Source: an uncultured Erysipelotrichaceae bacterium | GTDB taxonomy: Bacteria; Bacillota_I; Bacilli_A; Erysipelotrichales; Erysipelotrichaceae | NCBI GenBank assembly: GCA_937874965.1 | Contig: CALNCD010000068.1 | Coordinates: 10,886 to 74,885, forward strand | DNA: 64,000 bases | Reading direction: 5' to 3' | Shown here: positions 14,679-23,539 of the stretch, piece by piece | Layout: each line of letters starts with the position of its first letter | Position numbering within the stretch: the stretch's first letter is position 1 | Position numbers and translations under genes: made by a program | The notes under the pieces: generated by a model | What the model was told of the DNA's origin: nothing | The model's input: the letters and a program-made list of their open reading frames with translations, nothing else | Databases searched by the model: none

Positions 14679-15200
14679 ATGAAAGCATACATATTCCACG
14701 GTTCAACCCCTCATGCAACAGCTGATAAATTCTGGTATTCATGGCTTGCACAGCAACTTAACGCCAGAAGCATTAAGGCGAAAGTCATCGATTTACCAAG
14801 ACTTTCCAGGCAGACGTTGGAAGAAACCCTGGATGAAATCAGATTGATGAACTTGGTCATTGACAGCGAAACCATCTTTATCGGCCATTCAGCTGGTGCA
14901 AATTTACTGTTGACACTGCTTGAAAACGTCAAGACACCGATTTCCAAATCACTTTTTATTGCCGGTTTCAGCAAACCCACCACGACCAAGGAACCAACAT
15001 TAAAGGAAATCTATGCCTTTGAACGCATAAAAGCCAACTGCAAGGACTTCATCTTTGTCAATTCTTTCAATGACCCTTTTGGTTGCGGCTTTGAACAAGG
15101 GAAAGCATTATTCGATCAGCTCGGGGGAACAATGCTTGCCGATAACGGCAAGCATTATACCAAGAAGGAATATCCTCTTTTCCTTAAGCTTGTTCTTTGA
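14679..15200 (+). CDS. YdeN/RBBP9-family serine hydrolase (alpha/beta fold)
   Basis: 173 aa, MKAYIFHGS...FWYSWL start, nucleophile elbow GHSAG, size typical of the family. AAAGGAGAAAG RBS. Confidence 0.75.
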   Translation: MKAYIFHGSTPHATADKFWYSWLAQQLNARSIKAKVIDLPRLSRQTLEETLDEIRLMNLVIDSETIFIGHSAGANLLLTLLENVKTPISKSLFIAGFSKPTTTKEPTLKEIYAFERIKANCKDFIFVNSFNDPFGCGFEQGKALFDQLGGTMLADNGKHYTKKEYPLFLKLVL

Positions 15201-15327
15201 GAAAATCCGTACTTCTATAGCAACTCAATTTATGCCTTGGTCTGTTCAAAAAAGTTCTGTCTCATTTGCAGCTGTCCGCTGCCTTGATACAGAACTTTAT
15301 TTAAGCTTCTACCCATTACACCGGACC

Positions 15328-15774
15328 TCAATCATTCTTCTCGCTTGCCAGGTCCTTAATTCTCTTCATTCGAGCATTCCATTGTTCTCGTTCAATTTCC
15401 CGTTCCCGTTTGGTAAGTTCATCATAGGAGCTGATATAATCGGAATTCTGGATATTCCGCTCGGGCTCCGCTTTCTGCTCGGGAAGTGATTCAGTGCGTA
15501 CAGGAGACTGAACCGGCTGTGCTTGCATCTTCAGAGGCTCATGCTCTTTCTCATGAACCATATCAAAGGAAACCTGGGTAATCTTCTTAACGGGTTCCTT
15601 TTTCTGTTCTGCTTCCTTGCCTTCTTTAAAGAAAACAAAGAAACCCTTTATGGTCCCGCCATAGATATTCTCGGCTTGTGATCGGTCTTCAATAATCTGA
15701 ATGATGTCGAGATTTGCGATTAAGCTGTTCATCAGGTCTACCTGATCAACCTTTATATACTTGACTTTATTCAT
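15328..15774 (-). CDS. Hypothetical protein with a Lys/Glu-rich C-terminal half (148 aa)
   Basis: Start taken at ATG 15774 (MNKVKYIKVDQVD...), overlapping the tcdA stop by 8 nt. I recognise no motif. Confidence 0.55.
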   Translation of the reverse strand: MNKVKYIKVDQVDLMNSLIANLDIIQIIEDRSQAENIYGGTIKGFFVFFKEGKEAEQKKEPVKKITQVSFDMVHEKEHEPLKMQAQPVQSPVRTESLPEQKAEPERNIQNSDYISSYDELTKREREIEREQWNARMKRIKDLASEKND

Positions 15775-16484
15775 GATGATCCTCTCTTCCCAACAATTGT
15801 CGCACACAATAGGAGGCCGCCGCAAGTCCGGCTGCGTTCGGTACAAAAGGTGTTGATCCTGGAGGCTGCTGGCTTTTACGGGTCATGCCGTTTACATGAA
15901 TAATCGTGGATTGCTTTTTCGGAATTTCCCGTGAATAAACAACATCTATATCCTTGAACTTCATTGATCTCTGAAGTTCCCGAAGAACCCGCGCAAGCGG
16001 ATCTTCAATCGTCCTGGAGAGTTTTCTGATTTCAATCTGGGTCGGATCAAAGCGATTCCCCATACCCATGACACTGATAATCGGTATCTGCTTTTGCTGA
16101 GCTGTCTGGATTAAGAGGGCTTTTGCTGTAATCGTATCAATCGCGTCAATAATTGCATCAGGGTGAAATGCCATTAAATCATCGAGAGTCGCCTGATTCA
16201 GGAAACAATCCATCAGCTCTATCTCAGCGTCCGGATTTATCGCAAGCAATCTCTCTTTCATCACTACCGTTTTCTTGATCCCCACAGATGACTGAAGGGC
16301 ATGGAGCTGCCGATTGATATTGGTTTTGGAAACAACATCAAAATCCATTAGAATCAGGTTTGACAGTCCAAACCGCGTCAATGATTCAGCCTAAACCGAT
16401 AACTGCCACTTTTTTCAGATACAGCGGATTCAACTGCCGTTCATCAATGACCAGGGCAATACGTTCTAATTCTTCTCTAACCAT
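15767..16484 (-). pseudogene. tcdA: tRNA threonylcarbamoyladenosine dehydratase (TcdA/ThiF family) disrupted by an internal deletion/frameshift
   Basis: ATG at 16484 gives MVREELERIALVIDERQLNPLYLKKVAVIGLG* (stop 16388-16386). The remainder (..TRFGLSNLILMDFDVVSKTNINRQLHA..) resumes in another frame only 10 nt later, so the GVGSxxxEAL part of the Rossmann loop (about 20 nt) is missing. Confidence 0.65.
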
Positions 16485-17368
16485 GCTTCAATCTCTTTCT
16501 CCAGGAATTCCACTGTCATTTCATTCATATCAACCCACTGGCCATCACTTTGATGCTTAAACCAGGTTATCTGACGTTTGGCGAAATTCCGGGTGTTTTT
16601 CTGAATCAATTCAATGAGCGCTTCCAGATTGTACTCCCCAGCAAAATAACCTTGGAATTCTCGATAACCGATGGCCTGCATACTCTGCAGATGCCAGTCC
16701 TCGTCCTTTCGGATCAATCCGCGGACTTCTGCTTCCAGACCCCTATCGATCATTGTCCGGACCCGCTGATTGATCGATTGGTAAAGAACAGACCGTTCAT
16801 GGCTAAAGATCAACGTATAATCGTCGTAGCATTTCTGCGGTTCAGGCTGAGGTTCAATGTGTCCATCTGCCTGTTGGCTTTCATACCGGATCAAAGCCCG
16901 AAGCAGCCGTTTGCGATTGTTGATATGGATTACGTTTGCTGCCTCGCGATCCTCGTCGCATAACTTCTGATACAACTGCTCATTGGAGAGCGCATCCAGA
17001 TGTTCTGTAGAGCGTGGTTCTTCATCCTTAAGCGGGTAATCCCAAAGCAATGCCCGAATATAAAGCCCGGTTCCCCCGACGATAATGGGCAGCTTCCCGC
17101 GCTCACTGATGGATTCAATCAAGGCTTTGGCATCCTGCTGAAACGCTTTGACACTGTACTTCTCCCGATAACTCAGCGTATCGATCAGATGGTGGGGGAT
17201 TCCCTCTTGCTCGTGCGGGAGAATCTTGGCACTGCCGATTGTGCATTCCCGATACACGGCCACTGAGTCCGCGCTGATTATTTCACCATTGAACCGCTTT
17301 GCCATCTGAATCGCAGCCGAACTTTTCCCAGTCGCAGTCATCCCGCTGATTACAAGCACTTTTCTCAT
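16466..17368 (-). CDS. miaA: tRNA dimethylallyltransferase
   Basis: 300 aa, P-loop GMTATGKS, conserved IISADSVAVYR and GGTGLY motifs. ATGA overlap with the mutL stop. Confidence 0.95.
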   Translation of the reverse strand: MRKVLVISGMTATGKSSAAIQMAKRFNGEIISADSVAVYRECTIGSAKILPHEQEGIPHHLIDTLSYREKYSVKAFQQDAKALIESISERGKLPIIVGGTGLYIRALLWDYPLKDEEPRSTEHLDALSNEQLYQKLCDEDREAANVIHINNRKRLLRALIRYESQQADGHIEPQPEPQKCYDDYTLIFSHERSVLYQSINQRVRTMIDRGLEAEVRGLIRKDEDWHLQSMQAIGYREFQGYFAGEYNLEALIELIQKNTRNFAKRQITWFKHQSDGQWVDMNEMTVEFLEKEIEAWLEKN

Positions 17369-19164
17369 CGCAGGAAGGTTTTCTCCAGATCCTTCTCAGC
17401 CAGCAGCATGAATGTCGGCCGGCCATGAGGACAATTATAAGGCTGTTCACACAACGACAGGTCATGGACAAGTTTTTCCATCTCTGCCTGGCTGAGATGC
17501 TGATTGAAACGAATTGAGCTATGGCAGGCTAAGGTCGCAATGACCAGACGCCGGAACGACTCCAGGGATTGATGCTGATCACTTTGAAAACGTTCCATAA
17601 TCTCCTCAAAGGTCTCCTTCAGATCCGTGTCTTTCATCCATAGCGGAACTTCCCTCAGGATCACTTGATCTGTACTGAGAGCCTCAACCTGAACGTCGAA
17701 CCGTTCCAGAAGCTCATTGAATGCATCTATCTGCTGGACAATCTGTGCATGACCATCAAAAACCAAAGGAATCAATAATGTCTGGCGATCACTGGGCTTA
17801 TCCAGCAAAAGATGCTGATAATATTCATAGCGGATTCGCTCCATCGATGCATGCTGATCAAAAATATAGAGACCTTGAGGTGATTCCCCGAGAATGTACT
17901 TGCCATGCATTTGAGCCAATACCCGGATTGAACTCAGCTCAGAATTCGGCTGAACAGGCGCCTCAGCAACAGCAGGTTCCTGGATAAGCGCCGGTTCAGG
18001 TTCGCTGGTCTGCATCGGTTGCGGCCGATATGAAAAAGCCGGTTCTTCCCGTTCTTCTTTTCTCGCAGCTGCTTTTGAAATGAATGGTGATGATTGCGGT
18101 TCCTGAACCAAGGTTTCGAGACTTTCCTGCTGGTAATAGATTGTCTTCTCCAAGGTTTTTTCCGGTAAGGTATTCGCCCTCATCTGGTCTGCCAATGTTT
18201 TCTCCAACGATGCCACAATCAATTCAATCAGCTGCTTCTCTTTCGAAAGACGGACTTCCCATTTGCTGGGGTGAACGTTGACATCAACCAGCTGTTCATC
18301 CAAATCAATATTCAAAACGACAATGGGATAGCGGTCACTGGGAATATGACGCTTATACCCCTCTTTGATGGCATTCTGAAGCTTCGGATAACGAATCATG
18401 CGATGATTGATAAAAGTGGTGATACTGTAGCGGGTGGATCGGGTGAATTGCGGCAAGACCATGACACCGCTCAGCTTGAAATCATAGTCTTCCCCTGTTA
18501 TCAGGATAGCTTTGCGGGCAATCTCATTCCCGTAAATCAAATACATCAGTTCAATCATATCCCCGTTTCCGCTGCTTTGGAAAACCGGTTTCTGATCCAC
18601 ATACAGTGTAAAGGCAATGTCAGGATATCCCAATGCAAACTTCTGAACAACATCCAGGATCAGCGAGCTTTCATACTGAACACTGCGAAGATGCTTCAGG
18701 CGTGCCGGAGTCCTCTGAAACAGGTCCTGTACCCGGATAGTCGTCCCTTGATTCGCCGGGCTCTTCTTGGCTTCCTGTAATTGACCGAAAGCAATGGTCA
18801 CCTGCGTTGAATCCGTACCGTCATTGGTCAGGCAGACTGTTTTGCTGACCGAAGCAATTGAGGGCAGAGCTTCCCCGCGGAACCCCAGAGAGTGGATATG
18901 CCAAAGATCCTGCTCCAGCGAAATCTTGCTGGTTGAATGGCGATTGAAAGCAAAGACAGCGTCCTGGCTATCCATACCGCTGCCATTATCACTCACCTCA
19001 ATCAGCTGAGTTCCGCCTTCAATGATCCGGATGCCGATTCGATCTGCATGGGCATCAATCGAATTCTCCACCAATTCCTTGACCACGCCCATCGGCCTCT
19101 CAACCACTTCACCAGCGGCAATCATGTTTGTCAAATGCTCATTCAGTTTCTGTATTTTCGCCAT
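17365..19164 (-). CDS. mutL: DNA mismatch repair protein MutL
   Basis: Start at ATG 19164 (AGGAGGAG RBS). MAKIQKL..IAAGEVVERP, GHKL ATPase motifs, C-terminal CPHGRPT. Confidence 0.95.
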   Translation of the reverse strand: MAKIQKLNEHLTNMIAAGEVVERPMGVVKELVENSIDAHADRIGIRIIEGGTQLIEVSDNGSGMDSQDAVFAFNRHSTSKISLEQDLWHIHSLGFRGEALPSIASVSKTVCLTNDGTDSTQVTIAFGQLQEAKKSPANQGTTIRVQDLFQRTPARLKHLRSVQYESSLILDVVQKFALGYPDIAFTLYVDQKPVFQSSGNGDMIELMYLIYGNEIARKAILITGEDYDFKLSGVMVLPQFTRSTRYSITTFINHRMIRYPKLQNAIKEGYKRHIPSDRYPIVVLNIDLDEQLVDVNVHPSKWEVRLSKEKQLIELIVASLEKTLADQMRANTLPEKTLEKTIYYQQESLETLVQEPQSSPFISKAAARKEEREEPAFSYRPQPMQTSEPEPALIQEPAVAEAPVQPNSELSSIRVLAQMHGKYILGESPQGLYIFDQHASMERIRYEYYQHLLLDKPSDRQTLLIPLVFDGHAQIVQQIDAFNELLERFDVQVEALSTDQVILREVPLWMKDTDLKETFEEIMERFQSDQHQSLESFRRLVIATLACHSSIRFNQHLSQAEMEKLVHDLSLCEQPYNCPHGRPTFMLLAEKDLEKTFLR

Positions 19165-21682
19165 ACTCCTCCTCATGCTCCAAGATTGTCTTGATCTGAT
19201 CCAGAAGACTCATTGCCTGCAGAGGTGTCATCTGATTGACATCCACCTGGCTCAGAATCTCTTTCGCTTTCAGATATCCTGTCGGTTCAATCTTCATTTT
19301 GATAATTGTTTGATTCATATTGATCGAGTGCTTGCTTTCTTCAAACATCACCAGCAAATCACTCGCCCGTTCAATGACACTGCGAGGCAAATGCGCCAAT
19401 CGTGCGACATTTATCCCATACGATTTATCGGCTTTTCCTGGAAGAACCTTATACAGGAAGGTCACTGTCGTATTCTCCTCATGAACTTCCACATGAATAT
19501 TCGCAATTGAATCATTCTCTTCTGCCATTGACGTCAATTCATGATAATGGGTTGAAAAGATCGTCTTGGCTTTAATCACTGTCGCGACATACTCGATAAT
19601 TGCTTTCGCAAGGGCCATTCCGTCATATGTGGAGGTTCCCCGGCCGATCTCGTCAAAAAGAATCAATGATTTTGATGTTGCCTTCTCCAGAGCACTCTGT
19701 GCTTCACTCATTTCAACCATGAACGTGGATTGTCCCATCAGGATATCATCACTGGCTCCCATACGGGTGAAAATCTGATCCAGAATCGGCAGATCTGCTC
19801 TTTGGGCAGGAACACTGCAGCCTATCTGCGCCATGATGCAGATTAAAGCAACCATCCGCATATATGTGCTTTTACCGCCCATATTGGGCCCCGTCAAAAT
19901 ATAGACGAGATTCTGGTCCTTCATATCAATGCTGTTGGCAATGTACTGATTGGAGGCAGGACTGTTTTCAAGGATAGGATGACGGCCTTCCTGGATACAG
20001 AGTTCATTCTCGGTATTGAACGAAGGCACAACATACCCATGACGATGGGAAATCTGAGCCAGTGCTCCTATCGCATCAAGATAAGCAATATTGGCAGCAC
20101 AGTTCACCAGCATCTGATGATGAGTATTGATCAGATCCAGATATTGTTTGAAAAGCGCTTCTTCGATTTCAATGACCTGGTCTGCTGCTGCATTGAGCTT
20201 TACTTCCCATTGCTGGAGTTCTTCACTGATGAAACGCTCACCGGTCGTCAAGGTTTGCTTGCGGATAAACCCGAAATCATCCCTGACCTGAGAGAGCGCC
20301 CCTTTGGAAATCTCGATGTAATAGCCAAAAGCCCGGGTATACCCGATTTTCAAGTTCTTGATACCTGTTTTTTCCCGTTGCTGCTGTTCATACGCCAAGA
20401 GCCACGATTTCCCGTCATGCTGAATAGAACGCATCTCATCCAGCATTTCAGAAACATTGGATTTGAAGACATGGCCGTCTTTCACATTCAAAGGTGCCGA
20501 TTCATCGAACGCCTGATTCAGGATGGTTGCAAGGGTATCCAGTTCGGGAACACTGCGCAAGGAATGTGCATTGACATCATCCAGGATCTGAACAATGCTC
20601 TGATAATGAAACAAAGTAGCTTCCAGACGCAGAATATCCTGTGGGTTCACACTTCCGAAAGCGATCTTAGCCAGGATTTTCTCGACATCAAAGCATTGAT
20701 CAAGAGACTTCTGGATCTGAACAAGATCAAGGTAATTCTGGTTGAATGACTGGATGGCACTCTGCCGTTTCAGGATTTCGGAAGCATTGATCAAGGGATG
20801 AGTAACCCACTCCTTCAGAAGACGGGATCCCATGGCGGTATGGCTTTGATCCAGAAAAGAAAACAGGGTTGCCTTCCTGGTTTGAGTACGCGCAGGCTGA
20901 ACCAGTTCCAGGTTCACTTGAGTACTGTAGTCCATCACCATCGCGGATTGATCTTGAGAGAGAATCAACGGCTTCAAATGATTCAGATTCCGTTTCTGCG
21001 TTGTTTCCAGATAACTGATCAGCAATGTTCCGGTTTCATTTAATCCCGGATTATCCGTGCTTAGCAATTGCGCTGCCAACGGAGCAACTTCATGCGCATG
21101 ATGAAAACTGACGACACAGCCTGTCTTCGTTTCAATCTCTGCTCTCAAATCATCATCAATCCCTTGAACGACTAACTCTGAAACAGAATACTGCAGCAAG
21201 GTCTGCAGCAGAACTGTTTTTTCTTTACTGATAATATAGCCTTGAAGCGATCCACTGGTGATATCGCAAAACACTAAAGTGTACGAGATTAAATCATCAC
21301 TCAACGCACCGATAACCGTCGTCTGGTTTTCCATAGGACTCAAGGTTGTTCCCGGTGTCAGGATCTGGATGACTTCCCGCCGGACAATGCCCTTGGCTTG
21401 CTTGGGATCCTCCATCTGTTCAGCAATTGCTACTTTATAGCCCTTAGCAATCAGTTTCTGAATATAGTTTGCCGCCGCATGGTAAGGAACCCCGCACATA
21501 GGTGCTTTCTGATTATTGCCGCTGGAACGTCCGGTTAAAACCAAATCCAGTTCCTTGGATGCTATCTTCGCATCCTCAAAAAACAATTCATAGAAATCTC
21601 CCAGCCGATAGAAAACCAGCGCATCCTCAACACTGTTTTTCACATCCATATACTGTTTCATCATTGGTGTTAGATTTTCCAT
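19139..21682 (-). CDS. mutS: DNA mismatch repair protein MutS
   Basis: 847 aa, N-terminus TPMMKQY..FYRLGDFYE, Walker A GPNMGGKST, DEIGRGTSTYDG. Confidence 0.97.
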   Translation of the reverse strand: MENLTPMMKQYMDVKNSVEDALVFYRLGDFYELFFEDAKIASKELDLVLTGRSSGNNQKAPMCGVPYHAAANYIQKLIAKGYKVAIAEQMEDPKQAKGIVRREVIQILTPGTTLSPMENQTTVIGALSDDLISYTLVFCDITSGSLQGYIISKEKTVLLQTLLQYSVSELVVQGIDDDLRAEIETKTGCVVSFHHAHEVAPLAAQLLSTDNPGLNETGTLLISYLETTQKRNLNHLKPLILSQDQSAMVMDYSTQVNLELVQPARTQTRKATLFSFLDQSHTAMGSRLLKEWVTHPLINASEILKRQSAIQSFNQNYLDLVQIQKSLDQCFDVEKILAKIAFGSVNPQDILRLEATLFHYQSIVQILDDVNAHSLRSVPELDTLATILNQAFDESAPLNVKDGHVFKSNVSEMLDEMRSIQHDGKSWLLAYEQQQREKTGIKNLKIGYTRAFGYYIEISKGALSQVRDDFGFIRKQTLTTGERFISEELQQWEVKLNAAADQVIEIEEALFKQYLDLINTHHQMLVNCAANIAYLDAIGALAQISHRHGYVVPSFNTENELCIQEGRHPILENSPASNQYIANSIDMKDQNLVYILTGPNMGGKSTYMRMVALICIMAQIGCSVPAQRADLPILDQIFTRMGASDDILMGQSTFMVEMSEAQSALEKATSKSLILFDEIGRGTSTYDGMALAKAIIEYVATVIKAKTIFSTHYHELTSMAEENDSIANIHVEVHEENTTVTFLYKVLPGKADKSYGINVARLAHLPRSVIERASDLLVMFEESKHSINMNQTIIKMKIEPTGYLKAKEILSQVDVNQMTPLQAMSLLDQIKTILEHEEEYGENTETE

Positions 21683-21833
21683 GAAGTCGCCTCAATTCTT
21701 TCATTATTATACAATAAAAACAAGCTGAATGGATACGGGAACTCCGATGCGCGAATCAGAAAAACAGAAATGGACCGCATGTTTTCAAACCGTCTGCACC
21801 GACGCTGTGCATGATATTCATACATATGCTGAC

Positions 21834-21868
21834 AAAAAAAGCCTGACATCCGCTTGCAATGTCAAGGC
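21834..21868 (-). terminator. Intrinsic terminator after the metal ABC permease gene
   Basis: Minus strand: GCCTTGACAT...ATGTCAGGC stem followed by T7. Confidence 0.75.
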
Positions 21869-21882
21869 CTATGGGAAGATTC

Positions 21883-22686
21883 CTACGCTTTTATCCGTTT
21901 CATAACTCCCTTGATGACCATCAGAACAACCAAGGTGACAATACCGACCATGACAATGCTTCCGCCTGATTTCACCCCCTGATAGAACGACAGCATCAGG
22001 CCGGCAATCATAAAGAATACACCGAACAAAGCAGAATACAGCACCACCTGCAGGTAACTCCGGCCAACGACAAGACTGCACGTGACCGGAATAACCATCA
22101 AAGAAGAAACAATGAGCGCTCCGACTGTCCTGGAAGCAAGAGAAACCACCAAAGCCGTCAATATTGTGAAAATCAGGTTTATCCATCCTGTTTTGATTCC
22201 CGAAAGTTTTGCTGCTTCCTCATCGAAAGCCATGAAAAATAAGGAACGGTAAAGAATTAGCGCAACACCGATAATCATGAAGGTTACAACAATCACCATG
22301 ATAAATTCGAATGTTGTAATGGAGACGATACTTCCGAATAGAAAACTGTTGAAATTGGTGGCATTGCTGACAAATCCCAGGAGTACTGCCGCCAATCCTA
22401 GTCCAGCTGACGTAATAATTGCGATGGAGAGCTCAGCATATCGTTCAAACCGTTTCCGTATAAATTCAATACTCAAGGCAGCGATCAGACTGATCAGCAT
22501 TGCCCCTAGAATAGGATTGAAGTTCAATAATAAGCCCACAAGTATTCCGGCCATCGACGCATGTGACAGGGCATCCCCGATCATGGACAAGCGTTTCAAT
22601 ACAACAGTGACTCCGATAATCGGAACTGCGATAGCAAGCAATATTCCCACAATCAGCGCAATGCGCATAAACTCATACTGCAACAT
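21883..22686 (-). CDS. Metal (Zn/Mn-type) ABC transporter permease
   Basis: Start at ATG 22686 (GGAGA RBS 5 nt upstream; MLQYEFMRIAL..). About 8 TM segments; ZnuB/MntB-like pattern ..GDALSHA... Confidence 0.85.
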   Translation of the reverse strand: MLQYEFMRIALIVGILLAIAVPIIGVTVVLKRLSMIGDALSHASMAGILVGLLLNFNPILGAMLISLIAALSIEFIRKRFERYAELSIAIITSAGLGLAAVLLGFVSNATNFNSFLFGSIVSITTFEFIMVIVVTFMIIGVALILYRSLFFMAFDEEAAKLSGIKTGWINLIFTILTALVVSLASRTVGALIVSSLMVIPVTCSLVVGRSYLQVVLYSALFGVFFMIAGLMLSFYQGVKSGGSIVMVGIVTLVVLMVIKGVMKRIKA

Positions 22687-23365
22687 GGTTGTCTCCATGG
22701 TCGATCCGGACGGCATGATGATCCTCGATCAGAATGGTATGGGTAATATTTTCACGCAGTTGTTCATCACTGTGTGTGATCAGCAGAACCGTCATTTGAT
22801 TCTTTCGGTTCAATGTATGAAGAATTTCAAAAAGCTCATGGATCATCGGTGAATCAAGACCATTTGTCGGTTCATCAAGGAACAGGATTTTCGGGTTCAG
22901 AATCAGCTCACGCGCAATCAGAACCCGTTGCAGCTGACCGCCTGACAACTCAGAAATCATCCGTTTTGAAAAATCCTGCATATTCACTTGGGCCAATGCC
23001 GCCATAATTTTCTGATGACGGGCTTGCCGTTTCGAAGCCGAGAATACTGTCTTCAGAGGAAGACCCACAACTTCATAGACAGAAGCAGGGAAACCGAAAC
23101 TATGAGAGAGTCCTTTCTGAGCCACATACCCAAGCTGAGCATGCTGCGAGAACGAAGCAACCGCTTCACCCAAGACCGTAATTGAACCTGACTGTGTCTT
23201 TAAAAGACCAAGAATCAATCTGATCAAAGTACTCTTCCCCGAACCATTTGCACCGGTGATGGCGAAAAAATCACCCTTCATAACCTGAAGGGAGACCTTA
23301 TCCAAGACAAGATTGTTTCCATACGAAAACGAGACATCACGAACATCAATTACTGTTTTTTCCAT
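22673..23365 (-). CDS. Metal ABC transporter ATP-binding protein
   Basis: 230 aa, Walker A GANGSGKST, signature LSGGQLQR, Walker B ILFLDEP. No Shine-Dalgarno before the ATG (possibly leaderless). Confidence 0.9.
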   Translation of the reverse strand: MEKTVIDVRDVSFSYGNNLVLDKVSLQVMKGDFFAITGANGSGKSTLIRLILGLLKTQSGSITVLGEAVASFSQHAQLGYVAQKGLSHSFGFPASVYEVVGLPLKTVFSASKRQARHQKIMAALAQVNMQDFSKRMISELSGGQLQRVLIARELILNPKILFLDEPTNGLDSPMIHELFEILHTLNRKNQMTVLLITHSDEQLRENITHTILIEDHHAVRIDHGDNHVAV

Positions 23366-23395
23366 AGTCAGAGTTTACCGCAATTTTTCGACAAA

Positions 23396-23410
23396 TGCAA
23401 ATGATTTGCA
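23396..23410. promoter_or_regulatory. Fur-family-type 7-1-7 operator TGCAAAT-G-ATTTGCA overlapping the -35 of the metal ABC promoter
   Basis: Perfect palindrome. The minus strand reads TTGCAT - 17 nt - TAAACT, and the ATG follows 6 nt after the -10. Confidence 0.55.
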
Positions 23411-23515
23411 GATAAAGACTTACAGGTCCGCTCTGAATCGAACAGCGCCAAAGTATTGCCGAGCTTCATTTCAGCTCTAAATCTGCTTTCCCATGGCTAG
23501 GAAGAGGACGTCCGG

Positions 23516-23539
23516 AAAAAAATAACCCTTGCGGGTTAT
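23516..23539 (-). terminator. Intrinsic terminator
   Basis: Minus strand: ATAACCC-GCAA-GGGTTAT followed by T7, directly after the stop at 23540. Confidence 0.85.

Noticed and set aside
15055-15489. 144-aa plus-strand ORF crossing the end of the hydrolase gene and the 148-aa gene
   Set aside because: It overlaps two better-supported genes on both strands, is low-complexity, and has no RBS.
19979-20749. 256-aa plus-strand ORF, the longest unexplained ORF in the track
   Set aside because: It lies entirely antisense within mutS. Long antisense open frames are expected from codon bias. No RBS or motif.
22277-22852. 191-aa plus-strand ORF
   Set aside because: It is antisense to the metal ABC permease/ATPase junction. 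A shadow ORF.
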